DNA of 64,000 nucleotides. Origin: an uncultured virus (IMG/VR IMGVR_UViG_3300037991_003250) (taxonomy: Duplodnaviria; Heunggongvirae; Uroviricota; Caudoviricetes). The stretch lies in the IMG/VR virus record IMGVR_UViG_3300037991_003250. One strand, 5' to 3'. A program made the translations under genes and the position numbers. Of the stretch, positions 51,044 to 61,429 are shown piece after piece (positions within the stretch are counted from its first letter, which is position 1; each line of letters opens with the position of its first letter). The notes below the pieces were generated by a model that worked only from the letters and a program-made list of their open reading frames with translations, made no database searches and was not told the origin of the DNA.

Positions 51044-52424
51044 CAGAAGGTCCTTGTTGTGAATTTTCTCTCGGTAATTCACCTGTGCCTACTGATGATT
51101 CTTTTCTTTCATCTCCACTTCGCCCTGCGCTCGGTAGGTTAAGAATTTCTAAGGATTGATTTAGTGTGAGAATGCCGGACTGATACCCCAACGATACTCT
51201 TTGCATTGTGTTTAGTGGTGTTTCGGTGTCCATAGCGTCAAAGATAATTGTTGGTAGGTCTTGCTTGCGGTGTTCAATTCCTAACAATTCAAGATGTAGC
51301 GAGAATAGCCCCATAACTGCATCTGAAAGTATGCGGTGCATACGGGATATAGCACCAACCGCCCATAGGTTCGCGTTGTATGTTGCGGCAAAGGTTGAAC
51401 CGCGCTCTTGACCTGCGGCTACTCTCGGCACTTGAAGAACGGCGGCAATATCGCCATTTACTGCATCGAGGAAATCATTACTGTTTGGTATGGTGTTTTC
51501 CAAATTAACATGGTGTAATTCAACATAATGCGGTAGGACAGGGATTTGGTCGCCACGCAGACCCTCAAACAATGAGATAACTTCATCCATAATATGAACG
51601 AGCCTTTCCTGTTGCTCGGCTGGGTCTTGAATATGCTCGATAGCAGATCTGTCTATTGTTACATACTGCTTAGTCATAGCGTCTTCAAGAGATAGCCTGT
51701 TATTCATTGTGTTATACTTCATGCGTATTGCTTGCTTTAGAGAAGTAAATCGGGATGCACCCCATATACCATAGGTTTTTCGACCTTTGTTATCAACAAA
51801 CCAATTACTGCGATAATCAATTCGTATGTGCATGATTTCGTTTGCCGGAAATTCGGCTTCGGTCATTTTTGTTTCGCGTAGCATATATGTTACCGGCCTT
51901 GTTATCGGCGTGTCTTCATCGGCTACGAAGTAAGAGCCAAGCCCGCCGCGCTCATCAACAATTGTGATTTGCTTTACGGGTAGGCTTTGTAGGTTTGTGA
52001 TACCGACTCCGGCTCGCCCTACAATTTTATTTATGTCGTTCCCATACACCATAAGGCCACGCATAGCGTTGATTAGGAAATCGTCAAAGTCTAAGTCGCC
52101 TTCTTCGACTAATTCTCTAATCGCATTTCGGATGCGAGCGTTTTTGCCGCGTGAATAATTGATTTCGTAATTGTTTGCAGTTAGCGATACTGCACGAACC
52201 GCACCGTTCAATTCGGGGTCTAACTTCAACATCGAATCATACAAGTCAAATTCGTTATCAAAATTGCTATCGGTTCTTATCTTCTCAGTATCACGGACAA
52301 TATCGGGTATTCCTGCCGCTACTGAAAACGACTTGTTAGTGGGTAATCTCTTTGTTTGCGCTACTACCGGCTCTTTTTTCTGAAAGGTTCGGAAGAAGGG
52401 AAAACGCCTTCGCTCATCAGCCAT
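51030..52424 (-). CDS. Portal protein
   Basis: 464 aa; LMVYGN, EIMHIR, YG..G.S, I.A.L.VP, GILT.N...E.L.LP. Confidence 0.88.
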   Translation of the reverse strand: MADERRRFPFFRTFQKKEPVVAQTKRLPTNKSFSVAAGIPDIVRDTEKIRTDSNFDNEFDLYDSMLKLDPELNGAVRAVSLTANNYEINYSRGKNARIRNAIRELVEEGDLDFDDFLINAMRGLMVYGNDINKIVGRAGVGITNLQSLPVKQITIVDERGGLGSYFVADEDTPITRPVTYMLRETKMTEAEFPANEIMHIRIDYRSNWFVDNKGRKTYGIWGASRFTSLKQAIRMKYNTMNNRLSLEDAMTKQYVTIDRSAIEHIQDPAEQQERLVHIMDEVISLFEGLRGDQIPVLPHYVELHHVNLENTIPNSNDFLDAVNGDIAAVLQVPRVAAGQERGSTFAATYNANLWAVGAISRMHRILSDAVMGLFSLHLELLGIEHRKQDLPTIIFDAMDTETPLNTMQRVSLGYQSGILTLNQSLEILNLPSAGRSGDERKESSVGTGELPRENSQQGPSDVIE

Positions 52425-52499
52425 ATTTACAAGGTATGTTAGTTATCCTATAAAGGTTGGTTTTTATTTTTTTAATGATTTTGCGTTTTTTAGAAAGAA

Positions 52500-52641
52500 T
52501 AAAACGCTTTACTGCGGATTTATTGTTTATTTATTTTATTTCTTCAAAGATATGTAAGGGAAATAGAGGGGGAACAAAAATACCTTTGAAGAAAAAAAAG
52601 AATAATGGTAATCGTTATACTGCGACTCGTTTATTTTTTCT
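52500..52641. repeat. Palindromic AT-rich element, copy B (inverted relative to copy A)
   Basis: CTTCAAAGATA(52542-52)-N28-TACCTTTGAAG(52581-91); 52523-52558 is the reverse complement of 5101-5136 at 35/36. Confidence 0.85.
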
Positions 52642-52715
52642 GAGGCCGGAAAAAACATTGGAAATAATATGTGTTTATACTAACCTTTAATAAATACCCG
52701 AACATCGTTAGGTTC

Positions 52716-54125
52716 ATGGGGAAACGCTATCACGGTGGAGAAGACCTTATCGCCCAACACATAAACAAAGGTTTTCCAAATGATAAAGAATTTGCAGTAT
52801 TTTTGAACGAATTAGAACCAAGACGATCAATTGACTCATGGCGTATTAAAGTCGGCAGGTATCGCAAGGCTAATCCCTACGAACAACCAAAACAGGAAGT
52901 AATACACACATACTATGACGAAGGTAAAGACCAATACTTGACCTTCTTATCTCATATTGATAACATATTAGTCATTAGTGGTAAAGACCATAGGAATATG
53001 CGCCGCTCTTATTCTAATGAAGGCGGCGGTTTAACTATTGACGAAATGTGCGCTGAGTATGAAATGGATAGCATTACAATGTCTGCGTATATACGCGCAT
53101 ACAATTGGAAGCATACCATGAATCCTTTAACCGATGAAGAAATCACTTTGAAGGACACATCAAGTCTTGTGCAGGATTACCTTTCAATTAAGCGACAAGA
53201 AGTGGTCCTAAAGGCACAGAAGCAATTGAAAAAGGACTTAGAGGCTGATGCAACGGCATGGAGAGAGTTTAAGCATACTATTTATGATGATTTCCAGACC
53301 CTTGTGCCGAAGATTAAATCAACGGCTAAGAAGCCTAAGACTAAGGCGGCACACGAATACGCTCTCGTCTTATCCCCAACAGATCTTCACTTTGGAAAAT
53401 ACGGCTGGAAGGATGAAGTCGGAGAAGAATACGATATGGATATTGCTAAAGAGCGACTTATCGCAAGCACCGAAGCACTACTAACTCGACTACCACACCT
53501 GCCGGAAAAGATAATCCTAACTGCTGGTAGCGATTGGTTCCATGTTGATAACGACAACGGCACTACTACCAAAGGCACACCGCAAGATACCGATGCGACA
53601 CCTGCTGAAATCTTGATGAAGGGTTGCTCTTTGGCTCGCCAGCATATTGATATGTTAAGAAAGGTAGCACCCGTTGATGTAGTCCTCATGGCCGGTAATC
53701 ACGACAGGCATACTTCTCTTATGCTTATGATGTATCTTGAAGCGGCATACGAACAATGCGAAGATGTATCAGTAGTAATTAGTCCTCAATCACGACAATA
53801 TGTGCAGTATGGCGACAACCTGCTCGGATTTACTCATGGTGATAAGATTCGGCTTAACACACTACCTGCTATTATGTCTAACGAAAAAAGAGAGGCATGG
53901 GGTGAATGCCGTAATCATGTATGGTTTCACGGTCATTTGCATCATCTCAAGATTGCCGATACAAACGGTGCTACCGTAATTCAATTGCCGAGTCTTAGCG
54001 GCCACGACAGATACCACGCTCGTTCCGGCTATGTTATGGAACGTAAAGGTCTGTGCGGCCACATGATAGACAAGACTCTCGGTGTAGTGGGTAACTTCTT
54101 CATACCGGTGGTTAAAGATGAGTGA
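52716..54125 (+). CDS. Calcineurin-like metallophosphoesterase with N-terminal helical extension
   Basis: DLHFG, GSDWFH, GNHD, THGD, GHLH. Confidence 0.85.
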   Translation: MGKRYHGGEDLIAQHINKGFPNDKEFAVFLNELEPRRSIDSWRIKVGRYRKANPYEQPKQEVIHTYYDEGKDQYLTFLSHIDNILVISGKDHRNMRRSYSNEGGGLTIDEMCAEYEMDSITMSAYIRAYNWKHTMNPLTDEEITLKDTSSLVQDYLSIKRQEVVLKAQKQLKKDLEADATAWREFKHTIYDDFQTLVPKIKSTAKKPKTKAAHEYALVLSPTDLHFGKYGWKDEVGEEYDMDIAKERLIASTEALLTRLPHLPEKIILTAGSDWFHVDNDNGTTTKGTPQDTDATPAEILMKGCSLARQHIDMLRKVAPVDVVLMAGNHDRHTSLMLMMYLEAAYEQCEDVSVVISPQSRQYVQYGDNLLGFTHGDKIRLNTLPAIMSNEKREAWGECRNHVWFHGHLHHLKIADTNGATVIQLPSLSGHDRYHARSGYVMERKGLCGHMIDKTLGVVGNFFIPVVKDE

Positions 54126-55614
54126 TACTAACTTTTCTATGGAGAGAAGCAGGAAGGACATTTCCTATTTCTATAAATGGCTCGGCTACACATGGGGTAA
54201 GCACATCGGAGAATGGATGGAGTTATATTCCGATAGAAAAGGTGCATCCGTTCATCGTGTCTGTATTATCGCACCGAGAGATCATTCCAAATCAACAACC
54301 CTTCGTGTTAAATTATTGCACCAATGCCTCTTTGAAAAGAAGGGTGATGGTTCGCCTTTTACCTGCTGGCTTATCTCAGCGAGTAAAGATACTGCCGCCC
54401 AAAGACTTGAGGAAATACGAGGCGACCTAAAAAAACACCCACAGTTAAGAAAATACATTAGCCCCTCTAAAGGCAACAAATTAGAATTGCATTTTACTAA
54501 CGGCGCATGGATTCGTGCTACATCTGTTGGTTCTGCGATTCGTGGGGCGCACCCTGCCTGTGTAGCATTTGACGATGTGTTGGTTGATTCAGACGATACC
54601 AGCCCTAAAGCCCTGCAATCATGGTATAAGAAAGCAATTATTCCTATGTTAAGCCCCGATTCGTGGTTTTACTGTGTGGGAACCCCAATGAGTATGGTTG
54701 ATTTATACCACACGGAAATGTTAGAAAACCCCGTTTGGAAATCAGCCGTGTATTCCGCTATTACTAACTATGATGAATGGCGAGCAAGTGATGGCGAGAT
54801 AGAACCCGAAGTGCTTTGGGAAGAATATCGAAGCGCGGCTTATCTTCTTGAGCAACGAGAAGGTATGGGTGAATTGGCTTTTGTGCAGGAGTATTTGTGC
54901 AGGGTTATTGATGACGAAGCCGCAGTATATCCGAGAGAGTTAGTAAGAAAACATCTCGACATGGAAGGAATATTCCAAACAGAAAAAGATGATAACTGCA
55001 AGTATAGTATTGGGTTTGACCCCGCACACGGTTTAGGAAAGGACTTTTCAGTTATGGTTGTCCTCAAGCAAGACCAAGAGGGCTTTATCCACTTTGTAAA
55101 TATGTGGCGGCGTAATGATTTCCCACCGGACAGACAAGCAGACATGATTATCGAATGGAATAAGAGATATGGTTATCCTGCCTTCGCATCCGAAGATGTG
55201 GGATTCCAGCAATTATACAAGAGTCTTATTGAGCAAAAGAATGCAAATGTGGATTATCGCGGTAGCAAAGTTAGCAACCGCACACTAAAACAAGGTTTGC
55301 TTAACAGACTTCGTGTTTGGTTTGAGCGGGAGTTAATTATATTCCCATACGGCGACCACAACACACGAATGCAAGTGAATACTCTCTTTGACGAATTGGA
55401 AACACACGCATGGAAAAACGGCCTCATTGAAGACTTAGGAAAACACAACGACTGTGTTATGGCCTTTGCACACGCAATAGACCAATTCCAAGCAAAGGAA
55501 TTTGAAATGCCCGTTATTATGAAGAAGGCGGAAGCCGGAGAATGGTTGGGCGGCTCTAAAACAAGACTAAATCGTGGGGCTAAAGGTATAGGCGGGAAGG
55601 TGATTAACAGATGA
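54118..55614 (+). CDS. terL: Terminase large subunit
   Basis: APRDHSKST, IRG, FDD, VGTP, QEYLC, GFDPA, HNDCVMA. Confidence 0.92.
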   Translation: MSDTNFSMERSRKDISYFYKWLGYTWGKHIGEWMELYSDRKGASVHRVCIIAPRDHSKSTTLRVKLLHQCLFEKKGDGSPFTCWLISASKDTAAQRLEEIRGDLKKHPQLRKYISPSKGNKLELHFTNGAWIRATSVGSAIRGAHPACVAFDDVLVDSDDTSPKALQSWYKKAIIPMLSPDSWFYCVGTPMSMVDLYHTEMLENPVWKSAVYSAITNYDEWRASDGEIEPEVLWEEYRSAAYLLEQREGMGELAFVQEYLCRVIDDEAAVYPRELVRKHLDMEGIFQTEKDDNCKYSIGFDPAHGLGKDFSVMVVLKQDQEGFIHFVNMWRRNDFPPDRQADMIIEWNKRYGYPAFASEDVGFQQLYKSLIEQKNANVDYRGSKVSNRTLKQGLLNRLRVWFERELIIFPYGDHNTRMQVNTLFDELETHAWKNGLIEDLGKHNDCVMAFAHAIDQFQAKEFEMPVIMKKAEAGEWLGGSKTRLNRGAKGIGGKVINR

Positions 55615-55898
55615 GAACGAAATTCGGACCAAAGAAAAGAAAGGAATTAGCCAACGATGCAATCGTAAAATTGTTTAACGAGGGCTACTTTGACGAATGG
55701 CGATTGGCGCGTGAAATCTCCGAACAAATCACAAAAAATATCCCCTCTCGATGGGGTAACTTTAGACCGGAAGCCGTTAGATTCGCTATGCTCAAAACAA
55801 AATTACCATTCGTAACACGCAATAAGCACCAAAGACTTGAATGGCGAGCCGATGAGGGGAATGAGGGGATCGGCTCAAATACAGATGAGCAAAAGTGA
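55611..55898 (+). CDS. Winged-helix-like basic protein
   Basis: WRLAREISEQI...PEAVRFAM...LEWR. Confidence 0.5.
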   Translation: MRTKFGPKKRKELANDAIVKLFNEGYFDEWRLAREISEQITKNIPSRWGNFRPEAVRFAMLKTKLPFVTRNKHQRLEWRADEGNEGIGSNTDEQK

Positions 55899-56169
55899 TT
55901 TAAAAAAATTTGTAAAAAATTTCGCGTGAGGGTAGCCATACCACAACGCCGGACTGCGGCTGATCTTTGGCGGCAAATTGCAGACCATAGCGGCGAGGGC
56001 GTATGGTTAGGCATGAGATGCAGGGGTGACCCCCCTTGAGTCCATCCAGCGAGGCCCACAGGGTGATTTTAGGGGTATTCCCCGATTATCTCCGCCGAGC
56101 AAATGATCATTGAATTTTCAAATCTCAATCGAGCCTTTCGGCCAAATCAAGAATTTGATTTTGAAAGGT

Positions 56170-56202
56170 GGGCTGGTGGCGGTTATCCGCCGCCACCAAC
56201 CC
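56170..56202 (-). terminator. GC hairpin after the 56216 gene
   Basis: GGGCTGGTGGCGG...CCGCCACCAACCC. Confidence 0.55.
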
Positions 56203-56215
56203 GATTTTATTTCGT

Positions 56216-57352
56216 TCAGACTTTGAACATAGACCAGCGACCGAGAACCGAAGTCGTCAATCGTGCCGTTTCGTAATTCTTGTTTGACTTATCCTTGAGG
56301 GTTGGGCTTAGTCCAATCCTCAAAGCATGAACCAAAGGTGCGACCCTTTGAACGTCAGCGATAGTCGCATCAACCACGCCTCTTTCAAAGCCAGCCTCAA
56401 ACACCCAAAACAGGAAGGTGAACGGTTCTCCGTTTGGGGTGGTTGCGTTGCCGATATATCGAACCATTTTACCAGCAATTGACTTCACGGTTCGCGCACC
56501 GCTTGTCGGTGCGATATCAATATCTAATTCCGGCACTACTAACCCGTTGGTTCTCTCGTATGCGAGAACGACTCTCGCGCCGGTCTTCTTCTGAACCTGC
56601 ACCTTGATGGGTTGGCGGTATTCTCCACCAATCAAGGCATAGGTCTTGAGGGTCGAGAACATATTGCCGCCGACTTCTCTTGATGACTCGACAACATCGC
56701 CGCCACAGGTCGGGCAACCCATGAACGGAGATGAGCCGAGCGGTAGCCATGATTCGGTTCCGCTCGGAGTATAGCAGCCGACACCATCGGCCACCTTTTC
56801 GCATACATATCTCGCACCCTGCTTAACCTGCTTAACCAATGAACGAGTTAATTTCTGTTCTTTGGTGTAGCCGTTGATGGCGTAAAGGTTGTTTTCTATC
56901 GCGTTCCCCCTGCTCAATTCAAACAGGACAGGCATTGACTCAAGAGGGCCAATGTTGCCTTTACCGGCCCACTTTACTAATTCCTTGATGCCGTCTGATT
57001 TAGCATTGTTTAGAACGACCTTGACCTTTCGGCCAATGGTTGAATGAAGAAGCCCCATTTGGCCCATTTCCACCACGTCAGCGAATGAAAACGGGGTCGG
57101 CCATACCGGAACATTTGCTTGAGGGCTAACTGCCTCAATTATTGCATCAATGTGGCTCGTCTTCTTTGCCTTGTTCTTTGGTGCGGCTTCGACCCTCTCC
57201 GAGAGAGCCTTAACCTTCTTCATCGGAAGAAGGCTAAGAGCCGCAACGATAAGGGATTTTAGCCACCCTATCGTTTTGACCTCAGCCGCCGCATTAACGG
57301 CGGTTGAGGCGTTCGTTTGTTGTGCCTCGTAGGTAATCGCATCGGATTCCAT
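56216..57352 (-). CDS. Hypothetical protein with central Zn ribbon (leaderless)
   Basis: TATATAC about 28 nt upstream of ATG 57352; YVC...GC...CPTCGG. Confidence 0.7.
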   Translation of the reverse strand: MESDAITYEAQQTNASTAVNAAAEVKTIGWLKSLIVAALSLLPMKKVKALSERVEAAPKNKAKKTSHIDAIIEAVSPQANVPVWPTPFSFADVVEMGQMGLLHSTIGRKVKVVLNNAKSDGIKELVKWAGKGNIGPLESMPVLFELSRGNAIENNLYAINGYTKEQKLTRSLVKQVKQGARYVCEKVADGVGCYTPSGTESWLPLGSSPFMGCPTCGGDVVESSREVGGNMFSTLKTYALIGGEYRQPIKVQVQKKTGARVVLAYERTNGLVVPELDIDIAPTSGARTVKSIAGKMVRYIGNATTPNGEPFTFLFWVFEAGFERGVVDATIADVQRVAPLVHALRIGLSPTLKDKSNKNYETARLTTSVLGRWSMFKV

Positions 57353-57447
57353 GAGCCGAGCGACTTCATGCGTAGTATATATGGCGTTCGTTTTTCGTAA
57401 CTCCTTTGGTTTGATTTCTTGAGGGTATGAATCCAACGAAATTTTAG

Positions 57448-57745
57448 CCGTTACAATAATAATAATATTTCTCGGATTTTTATTAAATTGCTCGATCTGA
57501 GCGTTACAATAATTTTTCCCACAGAAGCGTTACAAAAAAGAAAATCGTTACAATAAATAGAGTTACAATAAAAAAAGTTACAATAAAAGAAATCCGTTAC
57601 AAAAAAAGAAATCCGTTACAAAAAAGAGATTTGGGCGGGGCGTTACAATGATCAATGTAACGTGAGGCGGCGTTACAAAACGCCCCACCCGTTGAGTGTT
57701 ACAATTAGTATATGTTACAATTAAGCGGGGTTGGATCGTTACAAT
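57448..57745. repeat. GTTACAA box array, block A (~13 copies)
   Basis: Direct GTTACAAW copies separated by A-tracts. Confidence 0.9.
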
Positions 57746-57769
57746 TTTTTGGTTTCGGATTTTTCTTTT

Positions 57770-58195
57770 TCATTCTGACTTCACCCCGAAGTAGTTATCC
57801 CAATCTGTAAGGGATAGAGGCTGCCGACAGGCGGTGCAGTTAGGGCACTCCCATATTGGATATGATTCAAGGGTTTCTTCACCAGCAAGGCCGAAATAAT
57901 CGGTTTCAACGGACATTTTGAAATCGTGCTGGTTGTCTTTGCATAGCACCGGCCCAATCTTTTCTGATGGCTCAAATTTAACTTCCCATGCGATTCCGTC
58001 TTCGTCTTCGTATGTGTAAGACTTGATGATTTTACACGCCTTCGTAAAACGGCGTGATTGGAATGCGGGATTAGGGAAGGCCATGATGAATTGATAGAAT
58101 GCGTCATGTATTGCTTGTTGAATTGCGTAGTCCTTAGAGGGGTGATTAGCAACAATCTCAGCCATTTTGTTGAAGTCGCGGCGTGAGAGCATCAA
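57770..58195 (-). CDS. Hypothetical early protein
   Basis: SRRDF..MAEI...NPAF...RF.KAC motif seen in phage early proteins; C-terminal CPNC. Confidence 0.65.
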   Translation of the reverse strand: MMLSRRDFNKMAEIVANHPSKDYAIQQAIHDAFYQFIMAFPNPAFQSRRFTKACKIIKSYTYEDEDGIAWEVKFEPSEKIGPVLCKDNQHDFKMSVETDYFGLAGEETLESYPIWECPNCTACRQPLSLTDWDNYFGVKSE

Positions 58196-58665
58196 TTCAC
58201 CCCCCGACTCTCTAACTCGTCTTCAATGTCGCAGGAATAGCCTTGAACGCGCACCCCTTCCAATACGCAAGTTATCTCGGCTTGATGGTCGCAAGTGCCT
58301 TCAAACACGCAAGAACAGGTCTTGATTATCAATTGCTTGATGTTATGATAGAGGGAAAGTGGGTCGCTATCTTCGCCAGCGTCTAAGTCGGAGTCCTTGC
58401 GGATATTTTCGCGGGTAGCCGCTCTCAAGGAATCAATTTCTTCGTCTTCTCCGTTCCAGCCGTCATCGTCTTTGATTTTGGTTGTGATAATTCGCCCGTT
58501 GCATCCTGCTTCGGGGCATATTTCCCCGAATGAATCGGGGCTATTGTTAAGGTCGGTATGAACGAAATATTCGGTCATACCCCACATTTCGTCACTCGGT
58601 GTGCGGTAGTATTCGCGGTGACCGTGTTTCGCATACATGAAGGGCGTTGTGTCTGATTTTTCCAT
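58192..58665 (-). CDS. Acidic Cys-containing hypothetical protein
   Basis: SD GGGGTGG before ATG 58665. Confidence 0.6.
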   Translation of the reverse strand: MEKSDTTPFMYAKHGHREYYRTPSDEMWGMTEYFVHTDLNNSPDSFGEICPEAGCNGRIITTKIKDDDGWNGEDEEIDSLRAATRENIRKDSDLDAGEDSDPLSLYHNIKQLIIKTCSCVFEGTCDHQAEITCVLEGVRVQGYSCDIEDELESRGVN

Positions 58666-58820
58666 CAAACCACCCCCAAAACGCAGGTGCATAATGTTAG
58701 CACCGCATCTGTGCGACCAACGCACGAATTAAAGTCAATTGTTAGGGCCTCATCTATGGGGTTGCATCCGCAAGCCATGACCCGCCGTTAGCATTGTTGC
58801 TTATCAATACTATGCTAATT

Positions 58821-59195
58821 TATTGTAACGGTTATTGTAACGCAAATGATCATTTATTGTAACGCTCAAGCAGTAGCGAAGCGATCATGTTACAATAATT
58901 TCGTAACGCGGATCTAAGCCCGTTACAATAAAAAAAAGTTACAAAAAAAGCGTTACAATAAAAAAAAGTTACAATAAAAAAGTTACAATAACTCAGACCG
59001 TTACAATAAAACCGGTCTATAATATATGTCCTACCGTTACAATAAAAAAAATACCTAAAAAAACCGTTACAAAAAAGAGAAAAAAAGAGTTACAAAAAAC
59101 AAGCCAGATCTGGCGTTACAATAGCACGACTAAGGGAGTTACAATTAACCCCCTTAGCCGCTTGCGTTACAATCAATGATCTTCTGTTACAATAT
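58821..59195. repeat. GTTACAA box array, block B (3 reverse + ~14 forward)
   Basis: Orientation switch at 58857-58895. Confidence 0.9.
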
Positions 59196-59621
59196 TCAGT
59201 CTAAAGTGGAAATGTATGAATGAACGAATTTGAATCTGTATTTGTAAATCGTAGGCCAATCGCGCAAATCATAGTAATGTCTGCTGACTTTAGTTACAAT
59301 CATTTTTGCTTCGTGTGGTATTGAAGAATATCTCAAATTTATGATTTCTGGTGTCGTCTTTGATTTGCCCCCATCAGCATACATTCCTTCTTCACCTTTC
59401 AGTATGTTTTCAACATAACAGCAGATATCCGCCATCCTATCCGCGTCATCATCGTCTAAGTCGTTCCAATCCATTTGGTCTTGCTGGTGAATTACCTTGA
59501 ATCGGTTATTTATCCCATCCCATGATTTTGCGAGTAATCCTTCCTCGCTACGAGCGAGGATAACCCGCTCATACTCTCTATTGCCGTTCTTCTCCTTGAT
59601 GATGCCCCAATGCAACCTCAT
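59196..59621 (-). CDS. Hypothetical protein (leaderless)
   Basis: Promoter variant AAACCACCGAAGCACTTATAT, with TATA 28 nt before ATG 59621. Confidence 0.65.
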   Translation of the reverse strand: MRLHWGIIKEKNGNREYERVILARSEEGLLAKSWDGINNRFKVIHQQDQMDWNDLDDDDADRMADICCYVENILKGEEGMYADGGKSKTTPEIINLRYSSIPHEAKMIVTKVSRHYYDLRDWPTIYKYRFKFVHSYISTLD

Positions 59622-59663
59622 AATTAGTCGTAGGCGGGGTTGGATATAAGTGCTTCGGTGGTT

Positions 59664-60497
59664 TATTGTAACGGCATATTTCGATCTGGATTTAGCAGTT
59701 ACAATAATTTCGTAACGCATGATCGCTTTTTACCGTTACAATAATTCAGATCAGGGGATCGGGAGTTACAATAACTCGGACAACCACCTATATAACCTTT
59801 TAGTTACAATAACTCGGACAGGGAGTCTATAAAGATTACCCGTTACAATAGCGATTCTCGCCGGTTTAAGTCTTTCGTTTGTAACACCCAATTTCATTTG
59901 TGGTAAACAGGCTCGCAGTATAGCGTTTTTATGTGGTGCGTTACAATAATTAACAAAATTGGCGATTTTGCGGCCCAAGTGGGGGGGTTGAGCGTCATTT
60001 TTTCGTTACAATAAATTTAAATCGATCTACGCAATTTTTCCCCAAAAAAACGCAAATTTCGCAGGGTTACAAAAAAATTGTAACTTTTTGATTTGTAACT
60101 ATTTTACCCTTATTGTAACGTTTTATTGTAACATCCGTCTGTTACAATTATTATTGTAACAACGACTTTTTTTTGTAACTCCCCAAATCAAATAGTGCAA
60201 AAAAGAAAGCGAGTGTTGTAAATAAAACTGACTGAAAAAAGTAAAGCCGATGTGCTTAATGCACTAAGGGTTTTTATTGTAACTTAATGTGGGTGAATGC
60301 AAATTATTGTAACTATTATTTATATCTTCGATCCTGAGCGTTACAATAAAAAATCATGGTTTTTTCCTGCGTTACAATAAGCCGTTACAAAAAGAACCAC
60401 CCGTTACAAAAATGTTCATGCGTTACAATATATAAATCTCGATCTAAACCGTTACAATATACCGAGAGAAATTTTCGCATAAAAGATCCGTTACAAT
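59664..60497. repeat. GTTACAA box array, block C (~26 copies, mixed orientation)
   Basis: ~830-bp non-coding gap between divergent genes. Confidence 0.9.
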
Positions 60498-60563
60498 AGG
60501 GCTAAAATTAAGTGAGAATGCCGCGTAGTAAAGTATATATAGTAGTTATTTCCTGCTCTAATT

Positions 60564-61085
60564 ATGAGAAAAGTCATACCTACGCGCATATGTCCTATAT
60601 GTAGTGGAGAATTTGAGGCAAATACGAGAGGCCGACCACGCCGCTTCTGTTCTCCCGAATGCACCACCAAAGCAAAGAATACTAACTTTCAACGCTATGA
60701 AAGATTTGACCGGCCAAAGTCAAAGGGCGGTCGGGGAAATAAAATCCTTCGACCGTGTGGGTGTCCTACTCGCCAACATAAACCCGATTGCGTTTTATCT
60801 CGCGCATTCCATGTGTATGAAAATTCCAATGCACACCATGACGCAATATCAGCCAGCAACGCTTCAAAGATTGCTAAAGCAAACAGAAGACTTGAGGCTC
60901 AACGACTACGGGCGGCAAACAAGCGAGCCGCCGCAATCAAGAAAGCCGGAATGATTCCGGTTGATTCAATCAGTAAAAATCTCCCTATCTATATCGCGTG
61001 TGTGAAATGTAAGGGGCGAGGCCCGATAAGGGATTTCACCGCATGGAAGCAAGCAGACAGAACGGGAGTATGTAAGAATTGTTAG
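60564..61085 (+). CDS. Multi-Zn-finger basic protein
   Basis: CPIC...F...GRPRRFCS.EC, CGC...H..C, CVKC...CKNC; TATATATA upstream. Confidence 0.7.
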   Translation: MRKVIPTRICPICSGEFEANTRGRPRRFCSPECTTKAKNTNFQRYERFDRPKSKGGRGNKILRPCGCPTRQHKPDCVLSRAFHVYENSNAHHDAISASNASKIAKANRRLEAQRLRAANKRAAAIKKAGMIPVDSISKNLPIYIACVKCKGRGPIRDFTAWKQADRTGVCKNC

Positions 61086-61096
61086 GAGATGAAAAG

Positions 61097-61429
61097 ATGG
61101 ATAGACACATTGAGAAAATAGACGAATTGAACAATGAAGAATTGAGGATGATTGCTCATGCGTTAGGCGACAAAGAATCCCGCATGAGAGAATTGGCTCA
61201 CGATGAGAACCACTTGAATTTATGTGCGGTTCGGCAAATAAGATTAGGTAAAAAACAAGGCCGCGATTACGCTAAGGAATGCGAGGAACGAAATAATCAT
61301 CGAACATGGTTCGTTGAAATGATGGAATTTTACAAGTCGGAACGCAAAAACCAATACCTACAAGACGCGAGAAAATACAGGAGATTATCAAATCTGTTTT
61401 TTGATGTAGTCTGTGAAAGAATAGAATAA
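61097..61429 (+). CDS. Hypothetical helical protein
   Basis: SD AGGAG before ATG. Confidence 0.6.
   Translation: MDRHIEKIDELNNEELRMIAHALGDKESRMRELAHDENHLNLCAVRQIRLGKKQGRDYAKECEERNNHRTWFVEMMEFYKSERKNQYLQDARKYRRLSNLFFDVVCERIE

Noticed and set aside
52457..52690. 77-aa ORF across palindromic element B
   Set aside because: Low-complexity translation of an AT-rich regulatory region
59766..59978. 70-aa minus-strand ORF in block C, and the 5' extension of the 59196 ORF to 59720
   Set aside because: Translations of repeat boxes (recurring IVT); promoter spacing supports the start at 59621
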